64,000 nt of DNA from the human T2T-CHM13v2.0 reference genome, Homo sapiens. The notes below the pieces were generated by a model. That model was not told the DNA's origin. It worked only from the letters and a program-made list of their open reading frames with translations, and ran no database searches. The position numbers and the translations under genes were made by a program. Shown here piece by piece: positions 23,590 to 35,691 of this stretch (its first letter is position 1; each line of letters starts with the position of its first letter). Where the stretch lies: NCBI RefSeq assembly GCF_009914755.1, contig NC_060928.1; one strand, 5' to 3'.

Positions 23590-25380
23590 TTTTTTTAATT
23601 TTGGAAAAGAGCATTTTCAAGAGAACTGGAAAAAAGTGAAAAATGTTCCCATGTGAACTTCACCCAGTTTCCCCAAATGTTAACATTTTGGGGTACATTT
23701 ATCAAAACCAAGAAAATAACATTGGTACAATACTATTAACTAAACTACACACATATTTGATGTCACAAGTTTCCTCACTAATAGCTTTCTTCTGATCAAG
23801 ATCCAACCCAGGATATCATGTTGCATTTAGACTTCATGTCTCCTTAGTCTTCTCCAGTCTGTGGCAGTTTATTGTGTTTTCCTTGACTTTCATGACCTTG
23901 ACATATTTAAAAATATTGGTCGGATATTTTATAGAACGCCCCACAATTTGGGTTCATCTGATGCTTCCTAGTGAATGTACTGGCATTGTGAAACTTGAAA
24001 GAGAATATCACAGGGCAAGATGCCCTTCTTATTGCATTATGTCAGGGGTACATGGCATCAACATGCTTTATTGCTGATGCTGTTAACTTGATTATTTAGG
24101 TAAGTTTATGTCTGCTAATTTGCTTTTATAAAATTGTACCATCATTAGCTTCCCTTTCTATGTTTTATTTCTTAGAATAAGTCACTATATAAAGTCTACA
24201 TTCAAGGAAAAAGAGAGTTAAGTTTCACACGCTGGTAGAAAAACATTAATATTTGTGAAAACATATTAAATATACCATGGTAATCAATAAATATTTTGGG
24301 CTATACAAATATCCTATTTTTCTTAAAGCTTTTCCAACTAATTTTAGCAGCCATCCATAGATCTTCATTATTAGGTTGGTGGAAAAGTAGTTGTGCTTTT
24401 TTTTTCATTGAAAGTAACAGTAAAACAGCAATTACTTTTGCACCAACCTAATATTATTACTCTAACCATGACTGTAGTGTTCAGATGACTTTTAAAAATT
24501 TCTTCAACATTAATTCATTGACATTCATTTGTAAAACAGATTTATTCTTTCTTACTTATTTATTCAATCATTTTAATATCAGGGTGTGCTCACCTATGTT
24601 ATTTAAAGTTATTACTTTGGTTTTAATGCAATACTATTATAATTCATTTTGCTGCTCACATGTTTTCATCTGTGGTTATTGGAAACTCCTTCAAGTTGAA
24701 CCCGACCCTTTTTTTTAGCACTTTTTTGTTACTGCAACTACATGATGCTCCAGGTTTACCTTGCTTTTTTTCTTCCCCAACGCTAGAACCAACTGCTTTT
24801 TCAAAAAGCCATGGTTTCTTTTATTGCAAAATGGTATTTAGAAACCAAATCTGGGTGGTATGTGTGTTCATTGCAACTGGAGTATACACCTCTCAGAGGA
24901 CAGGGAAGGAAATATAGATATCTGTATTCATAATAATATGTTTATACTAACCCACATATACATGTTTCTATATTTATTTCTGTATTTCTTAAAATAAAAA
25001 TGAGTTCATGCTAATATTTTTTACTCTAATTCAGCACCACAGAGTTTGATCAATATTTCCTCCATTGTTTGAGTATTTGTAACTTCTTTCTCTTGCAGTG
25101 AGAAACCTGGTTCCCGTTATTGATAATTTATGTAGTTATTTGTTCAACCCTAGTATAGGTATAAAGGGCTTCAAGAATGAGTAATCATATTCCTGTATAA
25201 AATACATTTACCAACTAGATTACAGTGTTTTAATGCAATTGTTTTTGCTTTTACCTTTACAATATCTCATCAAGGTACTCCTTTCCAAATTTACTTAGTT
25301 CAGCTAATTTTTCCTTTATCTCTTTAAGTGTAGTATATAATTATAAATCAAATATAGTTAAATTTATTTGTTACTATTTT
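23590..25380 (-). mobile_element. L1MC-type 3' region
   Basis: cttcacccagtttccccaaatgttaacatt...aacattggtacaatactattaactaaactac...gcagtgagaaacctggttccc. Confidence 0.8.
24371..24451. mobile_element. MADE1 mariner MITE
   Basis: 81 bp palindromic element ttaggttggtg...caccaacctaa flanked by TA on both sides. Confidence 0.92.
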
Positions 25381-25884
25381 AGAATAATTATTATAAAGTT
25401 ACTGTTGTTTATTGGTAAGACACAAGTATATGTATAAAAAGTTACTTTCCAAAGATAAAGTGGTGCTGTAAAATACATTTATTTACTTATATAGAATATT
25501 TCTACACTAATTACCAGATCATTTTACTTGGAAACGTAGGTCTGAAGAAGAAAATTAATCTATGTCACTGAAAAGAAAGCATTTTATTATGAGTGAGACT
25601 ACATGCAGTTTCAAGAGCTGTAGCTAGTTGTTTCATATCCTGTGCACTTTAAATACAATGTCACGTCTGACATTTCGAAAAATTTTCTCACTTAGCAGCT
25701 GGTAAAAGCAACTTTACTTAATAGTAGGTTTAGAAGAAATCCACATAGTGAGAATAAGAAGAATCTGATTATTTCACTTAATAATTGTATAATTTTAGAT
25801 AGATAATAAATTAACTTCTCTGAGCCTCAGTTTGATTATCACTGTATTAGGAATAATCACATTACCCTTATAAGTATCTAGGTT

Positions 25885-26114
25885 ATTATTTCTTAACTTT
25901 GGCGCCATTGACATTTCGGACAGAATAATCGTTTGTTGCAGGGTTGAGTGGGGGTAGAGACTTCCTGTTGAATCATGTGATATTTAACACCATCTCTATC
26001 CTCTACCCACTATGTGCCAGTGGCACAAACCACTTCTCCAAATTGTGGCAGTGAAAACTCTCTCTAGACAATTGTTTTCCTGGGAAGAAAATTGCCTTTA
26101 TTTGAGAATCACTG
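25885..26114. mobile_element. MER20 hAT DNA transposon (a short MIR fragment lies just upstream, ~25810-25875)
   Basis: tttcttaactttggcgccattgacatttcggacagaataat...ctctacccactatgtgccagt...ttgagaatcactg. Confidence 0.8.
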
Positions 26115-26456
26115 ATCTAGTTTTATGGGCAAAACAAATAAGTATTTGAGTCTGATGAGAAAGGCAATGGTTGAAAATGAAACCAATACCCCTGAGATAA
26201 TAAAATATCATCTCCATTAAACCTTTAAATAATAAAATTGTGCTTTCTAATTCTTCTGTAGCCAAAATAAAGGAGTAAACCAGAAAATTACTAGGGATTA
26301 TTATTTAGAAATTTTTTAAGATCTCAACCAAAAATTTTTAGAGGATTTTGAATACCAATGGGCTTATTAGAGAAGACTAGATATGGTAGTCTCCATCCAC
26401 CCTTCTCCTCATTTGGGAGAGACATTTTCAATACAGTGATTTTAATGTAAGTACCA

Positions 26457-28490
26457 CAAAAAGTGGAGGTATCACATTACCTGACCTCAAATTATACTGC
26501 AAGTCTAAAGTTACCAAAACGGCATGGTACTGGTATAAAAATGGGCACATAGAACAATAGAACTGAATAGACAACCCAGAAATAAAGCCACATGTTTATA
26601 ACCAATTGACCTTTATTTTTTTCAACCTTTATTTTAGGTTCAAGGGTACATGTGAAAGTTTGTTAGATAGGTAAACTCTTGTAATGGGGGTTTGTTGAAC
26701 AGATTATTTCATCACCAGGTATTAAGCTTAGTACCCAATAGTTACTTTTTCTGCTCCTCTCCCTTCTCCCTCTCTCCACCCTCAAGTAGACCTCAGTATC
26801 TTTTGTTCCTTACTTTGTGTTCATGAGTTCCTATCATTTAGCTCCCACTTGTAAGTGAGACCATGCAGTATTTGGTTTCCTGTTCCTGTGTTAGTTTGCT
26901 AATGATATCTTCCAGCTCCATCCATGTTCCTGCAAAAGACACGATCTTCAACAAAGCGTACAAAAACATAAATTGGGGGAAAGACACCCTGTGTAATAAA
27001 TGGTGCTGGGAAAACTTGGTAGCCACATGCAGAAGAATGAAACTGAATTCCTGTCTCTCACCTTATACAAAGATCAACTCAAGAGGGATTGAAGATTTAA
27101 ATGTAATACATGAAAACATAGAAATTCTAGAAAAAATTTAGAAAAACCTTTTTCTGGACATTGGCCTAGGCAAATAATTTATGACTAAGATCTGAAAAGC
27201 AAATGCAATAAGGACAACCATAAATAAATAGAATATAATCAAACTAAAAACTTTTGCACAGCAAAAAAATAATAATAATCAGCAGAGCAAACAGACAACC
27301 AACAGAATGGGAGAAAATATTTGCAAACTATGCATCTGACCAAGGACTAATATTCGTAATCTACAAAGAACTTAACAAATCAGCAAGAGAAAAACAAATA
27401 ATCCCATCAAAGAATGGGCAAATGACATGATTATTTTGTATCTTCTGTAGAGAAGATATCTGTAGAGAGAAGATATTCTGTATCTTCTCAAAGCAAGATA
27501 CAGAAATGACCAACAAGCACTAAAAAAAACCTCGACATCACTAATCATCAGGGAAATGAAAATTAAGACCACAATAAGATACCAACTTACCCCTGCAAGA
27601 ATGACGATTATTAAAAAGTCAGAAAACAATAGATATCATAGATGTGGTGAAAGGGGAACGCTTATACATTGCTGGTGGATATGTAAATTAGTACAACCTC
27701 CAGGGAAAACAGTGTAAAGATTTCTTAAGGAACTAAAAGTAGATTGTCATTTGATTTGGCAATCCACTGCTAGGTATCTAACCCCCCAAAATAAGTCATT
27801 GTATCAAAAAGACACCTGCAGATGTATGTTTATTACAGCACAATTCACAGTTGCAAAGACATGGAACCATGCTAACTGCCCATCAACCAATGAGTGAATA
27901 AAGAAAATGTGGCATACATATATATATGTGTATACGCATATATACAGTGATTTTAATGTAAGTATCATAGAAAGTGGAGGTATCACATTACCTGACCTCA
28001 AATTATACTACAAGTCTAAAGTTACCAAAATGTCATGGTACTGGTACAAAAATGGGCACATAGAGTAATGGAACACAATAGACAACCCAGAAATAAAGCC
28101 ACATATTTATATATACCCAGTTGTAACAAAGAATGAAATAATGTCTTTTGCGGCAACTTGGATGGAGCTTAAGGCCATTATTCTAAGTGAAATTACTCAA
28201 GAATGGAAAATCAAATATCATATGCTCTCACTTATAAGTGTGAGCTAAGCTTGGGGTATGCAAATGCATACAGAGTGGTACAGTGGATATTAGAGACTCA
28301 GAAATGGGAAGTTGGGAGAGGGGTGAGGGATAAAGAACTACATATTGGGCACAATGTACACTACTCAGGTGATAGGGGCACTGAAATCTCAAACTTTACC
28401 AATCTGCAATTCATCCATGTAACCAGAAGACAGTTGTACGCTAAAAGCCATTGAAATTTTTTTCAAAAATTGAAATTAATTAATTAATTT
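26457..28490 (+). mobile_element. L1PB-type 5'-truncated LINE (ORF2 end and 3'UTR), with a nested L1PA and a local duplication
   Basis: aaagtggaggtatcacattacctgac...ggacattggcctaggcaaataatttatgactaag...gcaacttggatggagcttaaggccattattctaagtgaa. Confidence 0.9.
26614..26942 (-). mobile_element. Short older L1PA 3' end inserted antisense into the L1PB
   Basis: ttttattttaggttcaagggtacatgtg...tagtacccaatagtta...tccatccatgttcctgcaaaagacac; host L1 resumes at gatcttcaacaaagc. Confidence 0.85.
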
Positions 28491-28504
28491 TAAAAATGCA
28501 GACC

Positions 28505-28606
28505 CCTCTGTAAAAGAGAACTGTATTGTGAGAATGAACTGAAACAATATATTTAAAGCCCTTAGCATTATTCCTGGCACATAATAAAATCTCAGTAAAT
28601 ACTAAC
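28505..28606 (+). mobile_element. MIR 3' fragment
   Basis: ttgtgagaatgaactgaaacaat...taaagcccttagca...cctggcacataataaaatctcagtaaat. Confidence 0.7.
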
Positions 28607-28693
28607 TTGTGCCAAAAATAACTGATAGTCATTTTGTTATTTATTAACATATATTTACTTATATGCAGTAAAAACCAATAACAAATATTTTTT

Positions 28694-28850
28694 AAGTATA
28701 GGAAAAATACTCATAAGAGAAAAAGATCACGACTGACACTATTATAAGCATAAGGACCTAAATATAGCAAAGTATAGGAAAATACTCATAAGAGAAAAAA
28801 TCAGAACTGATGCTATTTATTATAAGCATAAGGACTTTAATATAGCAAAG
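28694..28850. repeat. Two-copy ~76-80 bp tandem duplication
   Basis: aagtataggaaaa(a)tactcataagagaaaaa...tattataagcataaggac..aatatagca occurs twice. Confidence 0.9.
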
Positions 28851-29146
28851 GAGGATTTAATACAACATTTGCAAGAGCTGGTGGAGCAGAGGAGACGGAG
28901 CCTCTCACCCATAATATCAGTCATAAACATTTAAACAGGTGCTTCTCCAGAGTAACCTAGAACTCTCCCAAAACAGCAGTCTACTCTCTCACAAGTGTGC
29001 AGTTGCCTCCAGCTAACAGTAACCTCCCCAAAGTCTGCTGCCTCCAAGTCTTATCTGACTGCATCTTGTTAACAAACTGACTAGAAACTTTCTGGGGAAA
29101 AGGACACTGGGAATATGATTTTGAGTTTTCCTTATGAATAGCATAA

Positions 29147-29547
<401 letters not shown>

Positions 29548-29949
29548 TCATTCATGCCACTTTTACCAATATTTAATTTAGTAATGAAAGGATCAGAACC
29601 ATGCTTCTGCCTAAAATTAAGTAGATTAACCTCATACAGATAAAGACATTCTTAGTCTCTAGGCTGTCGCCACCCAGATCACACCAGGACTTGACCTTCA
29701 AAAGCTCTTCCACTCTTGTACTATTTATGCCAGTTTATTGGGGTAAGGAGACATTAGTAACATTAGTAAATTAATGGGCATGAGTCTAGTGCCTTACTCC
29801 ATCACAATATAAGCTCCTTGGTCAGAAGTAATGCTATTTGGAAAACAATGGTGATAAATGAAATATCCTTCAAGTACTGAATGGGCAGGAAGAAAAATTC
29901 GTATCTGTAGAAAATTTGTAGTCCAGTGAGGATAAGCTGCTGCACCGTA

Positions 29950-30540
29950 TGTTACAAAGCATTCCAATTAAATAAACTTGCCACTGTTGACTGTCATTTG
30001 CCCTAGGGGATGCTGCTTCAAGATTACCAAGAGCCTCCTCAGCAGGAATGCCATTTGAGAGCTTTCCTGTCATATCTCAGAGACCCCAGATTTTGGAGTA
30101 CACACTGTAAAAAAGTACCGACATGTAACTGTGACAACTTGCGTTTCTGTTGTTTCAAATAGTCCCAGGAAGAAATCTAGCTCCAGCAAAATGAAAACCC
30201 ATTTGATCCAGAGATGCCTGAGTTGGAGATGAAATTTGGTAATCTCTCCACATTAACATACTAAAAACTCTGCCCAGGGAGTAGCTTGTTGGCCATTTTC
30301 AATAGACGTGATGTATGAAGAACCATGATCGAGAACTATGCCTATGTGGCCTTTGCCCAGCCTTTACATAGAATAACTCAGCTAACCAGTGCAACAAAAG
30401 CTCTGCTATGACCTTTGTCCAGAGAGGCACTGCCTTGGGAACTATCTCAGGTGTTCTCCCTACTTGTCAAATCCTCCTCGATTGCAGTCATTGGGCTGTC
30501 ACCTGCCAAGTGACTAAACCCACCCATTGTGTATGTAACA
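29950..30540 (+). mobile_element. ERV1 solo LTR, MER67-like
   Basis: tgttac...gtaaca termini; 3' part ttgggaactatc..aggtgttctcc.tacttg...gtcattgg.ctgtcacc.gccaag...aacccaccc.ttgtgt..gtaaca. Confidence 0.7.
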
Positions 30541-30655
30541 CCCTGGACACAGATATCTTCGTACCCACTCTTAAAAGTCAAAGAAAATATCCTTTTCTCA
30601 GAAGTGTTTTTTTTTTTTACCAAATTTTTAATTATGTCACCTTTGTGTCTCTTAT

Positions 30656-31071
30656 TGTGATGGCTAATTTTATGTGTCAACATAGCTGGGCCACAATGCC
30701 CAGATATTTAGTCAAATATTATTCTGGATATTTCTGTAAGGGAGATTTGTGGATGAGTTTAATATTTAAATAAGTGGACTTTGAGTAAAGCAGATCGTCT
30801 GTGATGATGTGAATGAGCCTCATCCAATCAGTTAAAGGTCTTAATGGAGCAAAGACTCATGTGCCCTGAGCAAGAAGGAATTCTGCCAGCATATGCCCTT
30901 CGGACTTGAACTGCAAAATTGGCTCTTCCTTTTGTCTCCAGGGTGCTGACTCATTCTGCAAATGTTGGAATTGTCAGCCTTCATAGTCATGTAACCTAAT
31001 TCCTTAAAAGTCTCTCTCTCCCCACACACCCTGTGTTGGTTTCATTTCTCTGGAGAACACTACTTACCATA
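30656..31071 (+). mobile_element. ERVL LTR, MLT2D-like
   Basis: tgtgatggctaattttatgtgtcaa...gtggactttgagtaaagcagat...cctcatccaatcagtt...tttctctggagaac. Confidence 0.88.
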
Positions 31072-32167
31072 TAGACAGTGAATCAGCATAGATCTGTATT
31101 CCATTATGCCTTAAAGGGCAAAATTAAACACCCAGGTATGTTTCTCAATGTTCTGCACACTGAGAGGATTTCCCTTCGTTGTCCTTCAGGAGCCAACTGA
31201 GTGGGATTGTGATACTGCAACCCTCCCCTTTGTAGGGGTTCTACCATCTTGAGAAAACCGTATTTTAATAAGCCCTTGGTTAGATATGGTACACTTGTCT
31301 TCTCCTTTTGTTTATTATCTTAATAATATCTACTAATGAACAAAAATTCTTAGACTTAAAATGGTCCAATGTATCTTTTTTTTTCATTTATAGTTAGCAT
31401 TTTTTCCTATTTAAGAAACATTTGCTACTTTGAGGCTATAATGATATTTTTCTATATTCTGTTAAGTAGTTTGCAGGTCCTGGAAATGAAAGTGTGTGGA
31501 ATTAAAGCAAACTCCTTAAAAAAAGTATGAAACTGCACACACTTATTTGAAAGAAACATTTCAGTGCACTAGAAATCAACTAAAGATGAGAAGTTGAGAA
31601 GTGCTTACAAATGAAAACTGCTAGTGGAAAGTTTGTGGCTTGCTAGCCTGAATGCATTCCTATTTTGCTAACTCAGGTTTACCTCCACCTCAGGCTACAA
31701 AAATCTGCCCGTTTTTTCTGGATGAAGGGTAGAGATCCCTTTTGGGGTGAATGGTAGAGCCACTAAAAAATTATTTTGGAAGCAAGAGGGCCATAGATAG
31801 ATTGAGTTGATAAGCTGTCTCTACATCTCTGGTTGACTGGTAAGTTACAAATGCATGCCAGAAACCCCAAATACCTAGAGAAAACTGGAAGCCTGAGGAA
31901 ATTTGCAATTTTGCTGCACCTTCAACCCACAATCAGCATAGGGGGCAGAGAGTGTAAATCTTACAAGATGGCATAAATTATCTTAACATACCACTGCTTA
32001 AGTGATTTTCCACTAACCTATTCAGACAAAATGCAGACACCTAGGGATGGCAGGCTTATGCAAAACAAAATAAAACAAAGCAACCAGTAGTTGTACATTG
32101 TGGGGAAAGAGATTTCATGTTGGGAATTCAGGCATGATTATTGCTTAACCAAAAGGAAAATAATTAA

Positions 32168-33055
32168 TAAGTCAAAAATAACAGATGCTGGTGACGTTGT
32201 GGAGAAGAAGCAATACTTATACACTGTTGGTGGGAGTGTAAATTAGTTTGGGTGGTGATTCCTCGGAGACCTAAAGACAGAAATACTGTTCAACCTGGCA
32301 ATCCCATTACTAGGTATATATCCAAATAAATGTAACTAGTGGCCAGGCGCGGTGGCTCACACCTGTAATCCCAGCACTCTGGGAGACCAAGGTGGGCGGA
32401 TCACGAGGTCAGGAGATCGAGACCATCCTGGCTAACGCGGGGAAACACTGTCTCTACTAAAAATACAAAAAATTAGCCGCCAAGATTGTGCCACTGCACT
32501 CCAGCCTGGGCAACAGAGCAAGACTCGGTCTCAAAAAAAAAAAAAAAGAAAAGAAATATAACTAGTTATGTTAAAAGATACATGCACACATATGTTCATT
32601 GCAGCACTATTCATAATAGCTAAGACATGGAATCAACCTAAATACCCATCAATGATAGACTGGATAAAGAAATGTGGTACATATACACCATGGAAAAAAA
32701 AGAACAAGATCATGTCATTTGCAGGAACATGGATAGAGCTGAAGGCCATTATCCTTAGCAAATTTATTAAGGAACAGAAAACCACACACAACATGTTCTC
32801 ACTTATAAGTGGAAGATAAATGATAAGAACTCACGGACCCATAGAGGGAACAACACACACTGGGGCCTTATGGAGGATGGAGTGTGGGAGGAGGGAGAGG
32901 ATCAGGAAAAATAACTAATGAGTACTAGGCTTAATACCTGCATGATGAAATAATCTATACAACAAATCTCCATGACACATGCTTACCTATGTAACAAACG
33001 TGCACATATACCCCTGGAATTAACATTAAAGTTTTTTTTTTTTTTCAAAAAGAAA
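32168..33055 (+). mobile_element. L1PA (PA11-13-like) 3' end, interrupted by an Alu
   Basis: aagtcaaaaataacagatgctgg...ggaaaaataactaatgagtactaggcttaatacctg. Confidence 0.88.
32341..32552 (+). mobile_element. AluY-like element with an internal deletion in the right arm
   Basis: Left arm intact; aaattagccg joined directly to ccaagattgtgccactgcac; TSD aaatgtaactagt / aaatataactagt. Confidence 0.9.
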
Positions 33056-33069
33056 ATCAACAACACTTA

Positions 33070-33471
33070 TCCTATGGTCTCAATGTGTGCCCCGCCTCAA
33101 ATTTACGTGTTGAACTTAATCATCAAAGTGGTACTATTTAGAGATGGGGCCTTTAGGAGGTGATTGAGTCAGGAGGGTGGGCCATAACAAATGAGATTAG
33201 TGACTTTATAAAAGAGCTGGAGGGAACTAGCTGGGCTCTGTGTACAATTCCATCTCTTTTCTCATGTAAGAACACATCATTCTTCCCTTCCAGCGTGCAC
33301 AGAAACAAGCCATCATTCTCAGAAGCAGGGCAGCTTCACCATTTTCCAAATCTGCTGGCACCTTGATCCTGGATTTACTAGCCTCCAGAACCGTTAGCAA
33401 ATAAATGTCTATTGTTTATAAATTACCTACTCTGCTGTATTTTGTTGTAGCAGCAAGAACGAACTAAGACA
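33070..33471 (+). mobile_element. MaLR LTR, MSTC/MSTD-like
   Basis: ctatggtctcaatgtg...ggggcctttaggaggtgatt...tctgctggcaccttgatc...tagcagcaagaacgaactaagaca. Confidence 0.82.
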
Positions 33472-33529
33472 ATTTAGGAGAACAAAACAGAATCCAGAGC
33501 TGCCTCAAGATAAAGAGATCTACCTTTAC

Positions 33530-35120
33530 CATTTCTATTAAGTGATTTATTACAAATTTCAGGTAGTGCAACGAAGCAAGAAAATCAAAGACATACAGAT
33601 TAGAAAGGAAAATGCAAAATCTTTATTTGCAGGTGATGTAACTGTGAAAATTGACACTTCTAAGCCATCTATAAAATAGTTACAAGAATTTTATGTGATT
33701 TTAGCAAGGGAATATATACCTATTAAAGATAGAGACTGGTATTTAAAATCAATTGAATTTCTCTCTACTACAATGTAAACGTTCCAAAACAATGTTTTAA
33801 ATGTTCTGTTATGCAAAATATCTAGAAATACATTTGACTCAAGATAATCAAGACCTACAAATTATTGTTGAGAGACATTGTGCAAGAGAATACAATAAAT
33901 AAATATTACAAACTAGTAGGGTTGATTACTACAGAGAGTTGGTGGGCACTGGGTAGAAATTGTGGGAAAAGGAATGGGGTAATAGGCATCTGAGAGGACA
34001 GACACTTCTTAGGACATTTCTTGGACTCTTATGCCTCTGCTAGTACCATGGTATTGTGTCATATATCCCAAAGTAAATAAATAACAACAATCAACCAGTA
34101 TATGGAGGAAGGACTAAAATGGAATACAAACAGTAACACATAACCTAACTGTTTATGAATGAATAACATAACTACACTCAACGAGTTGGGAAAAAAGAAG
34201 ACTAACCTAAGTGATGCTAGAAAACAATATTTTTACCATATTGTAAAGTCAAACACAAAGTGAAATATAAATATGTACTGTAGTTAGAAAATTTGATCCT
34301 CACAGGAATATGAGCTAGCAATTCTGAAACCAATTTATGTGTGCACTTGGGTTCAATAAATAAGAAAATGTATTGTGGCTAATGAGAGACAGGTTTCTCA
34401 CTGCCAAGAAAACAAATAGAAGGGTGGAAGATTAGAATGAACCCTATGGTGTTTCACTAGGATTAGAGGTAATCGTTCATATAAATGTTGGAGAGATGCA
34501 CAAATCAAATACATGTATGTATATGTATGGTAGTATATATACATATATTTTCTAGCTTTAACTGCTAAGACTAGAATCAATGAGTAAACTCAGGACTCAG
34601 GTTCTGTCTCTAAACACCATCATCTAATGAAAGGTGCCGGGACTCCTTGAAGACGTTTAATTCCAGCGCCAGGGCAGGAAAAGTCCAAGAGGAACCTGTA
34701 ACATTTTGTGGTGTCAGAAAGTAGGAAAGTGCTTATAAACTATGGGGCATGTTGAAAGGACACAAGAGCGACACTGAGAGAGTTTCTCATGGCAAAAATG
34801 GAATGCTGGGAGCTGAAATCATGAAAATATTAGTTATAATCTATAAAATAATATAAATATAATTTAACCCATACTCAACTGAGTGAATGAATAAATAAAT
34901 AAATTGATAAGACAGAACAACTCTTCCTTAGAGTGAAATTTCAATTACTACAAGTAGAATTAATGAAGGTAATAGGTCACCATGAGGAAAACACTTCAGT
35001 AGTATATGTTATCAGCAAAATCTAATGGGTGTCAAAATTCTTTGGAGAAAGTGTAATGAGAAACTTATATTTATCAAAGTGTCTCCCCACAAGGTACTTA
35101 TTAAAGACAAGCACATACCA

Positions 35121-35172
<52 letters not shown>

Positions 35173-35520
35173 CCTTTCATTAGATAATGGTGTTTAGAGA
35201 CAGAACCTGAGTCCTGAGTTTACTCATTGATTCTAGCCTTAGCAATTAAAGCTAGAAAATACGTGAAATGTATGTATATATATATATATGTGTGTGTATA
35301 TATATGTATATATATATAACTATAGTGGATAGACTCAGCAGACACCACTTACACCAACTATCAAGGTGATAGGACATATTGGCCTCATGGGTTTTCTATT
35401 AGAATGCACTGAGAACAGAGTGCCACATCTATAGCATTCATATATTGATATCCCAAATTCATAACTATAATCTCAGTGTGAGAAAATTTTGGGCTATCCC
35501 CAACTGAATATCTAGATACT
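33530..35520 (+). mobile_element. Old L1M ORF2 remnant followed by L1MC-type 3'UTR
   Basis: catacagattagaaaggaa...ttatttgcaggtgat; ctaaaatggaatacaaacagtaaca...acataactacact; ccagcgccagggcaggaaaagtccaag. Confidence 0.7.
35123..35320. repeat. (TA)n microsatellite interrupted by a 93-bp inverted copy of 34546-34638
   Basis: Direct reading; insert at 35169-35261. Confidence 0.92.
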
Positions 35521-35691
35521 CCAGAATTATTAATTGAAAATAATATTTTTCCCTATTGAATTACCTTGATTTTATTGAAAATCAGTTGACCACATATGTA
35601 TGTGTATCTATTTCTGGACTCGGTTCTGTTACTTTGATACATATATCCACCCATAAGCCATTAACATACTTGCTTGATTATTGTAGTTTTG

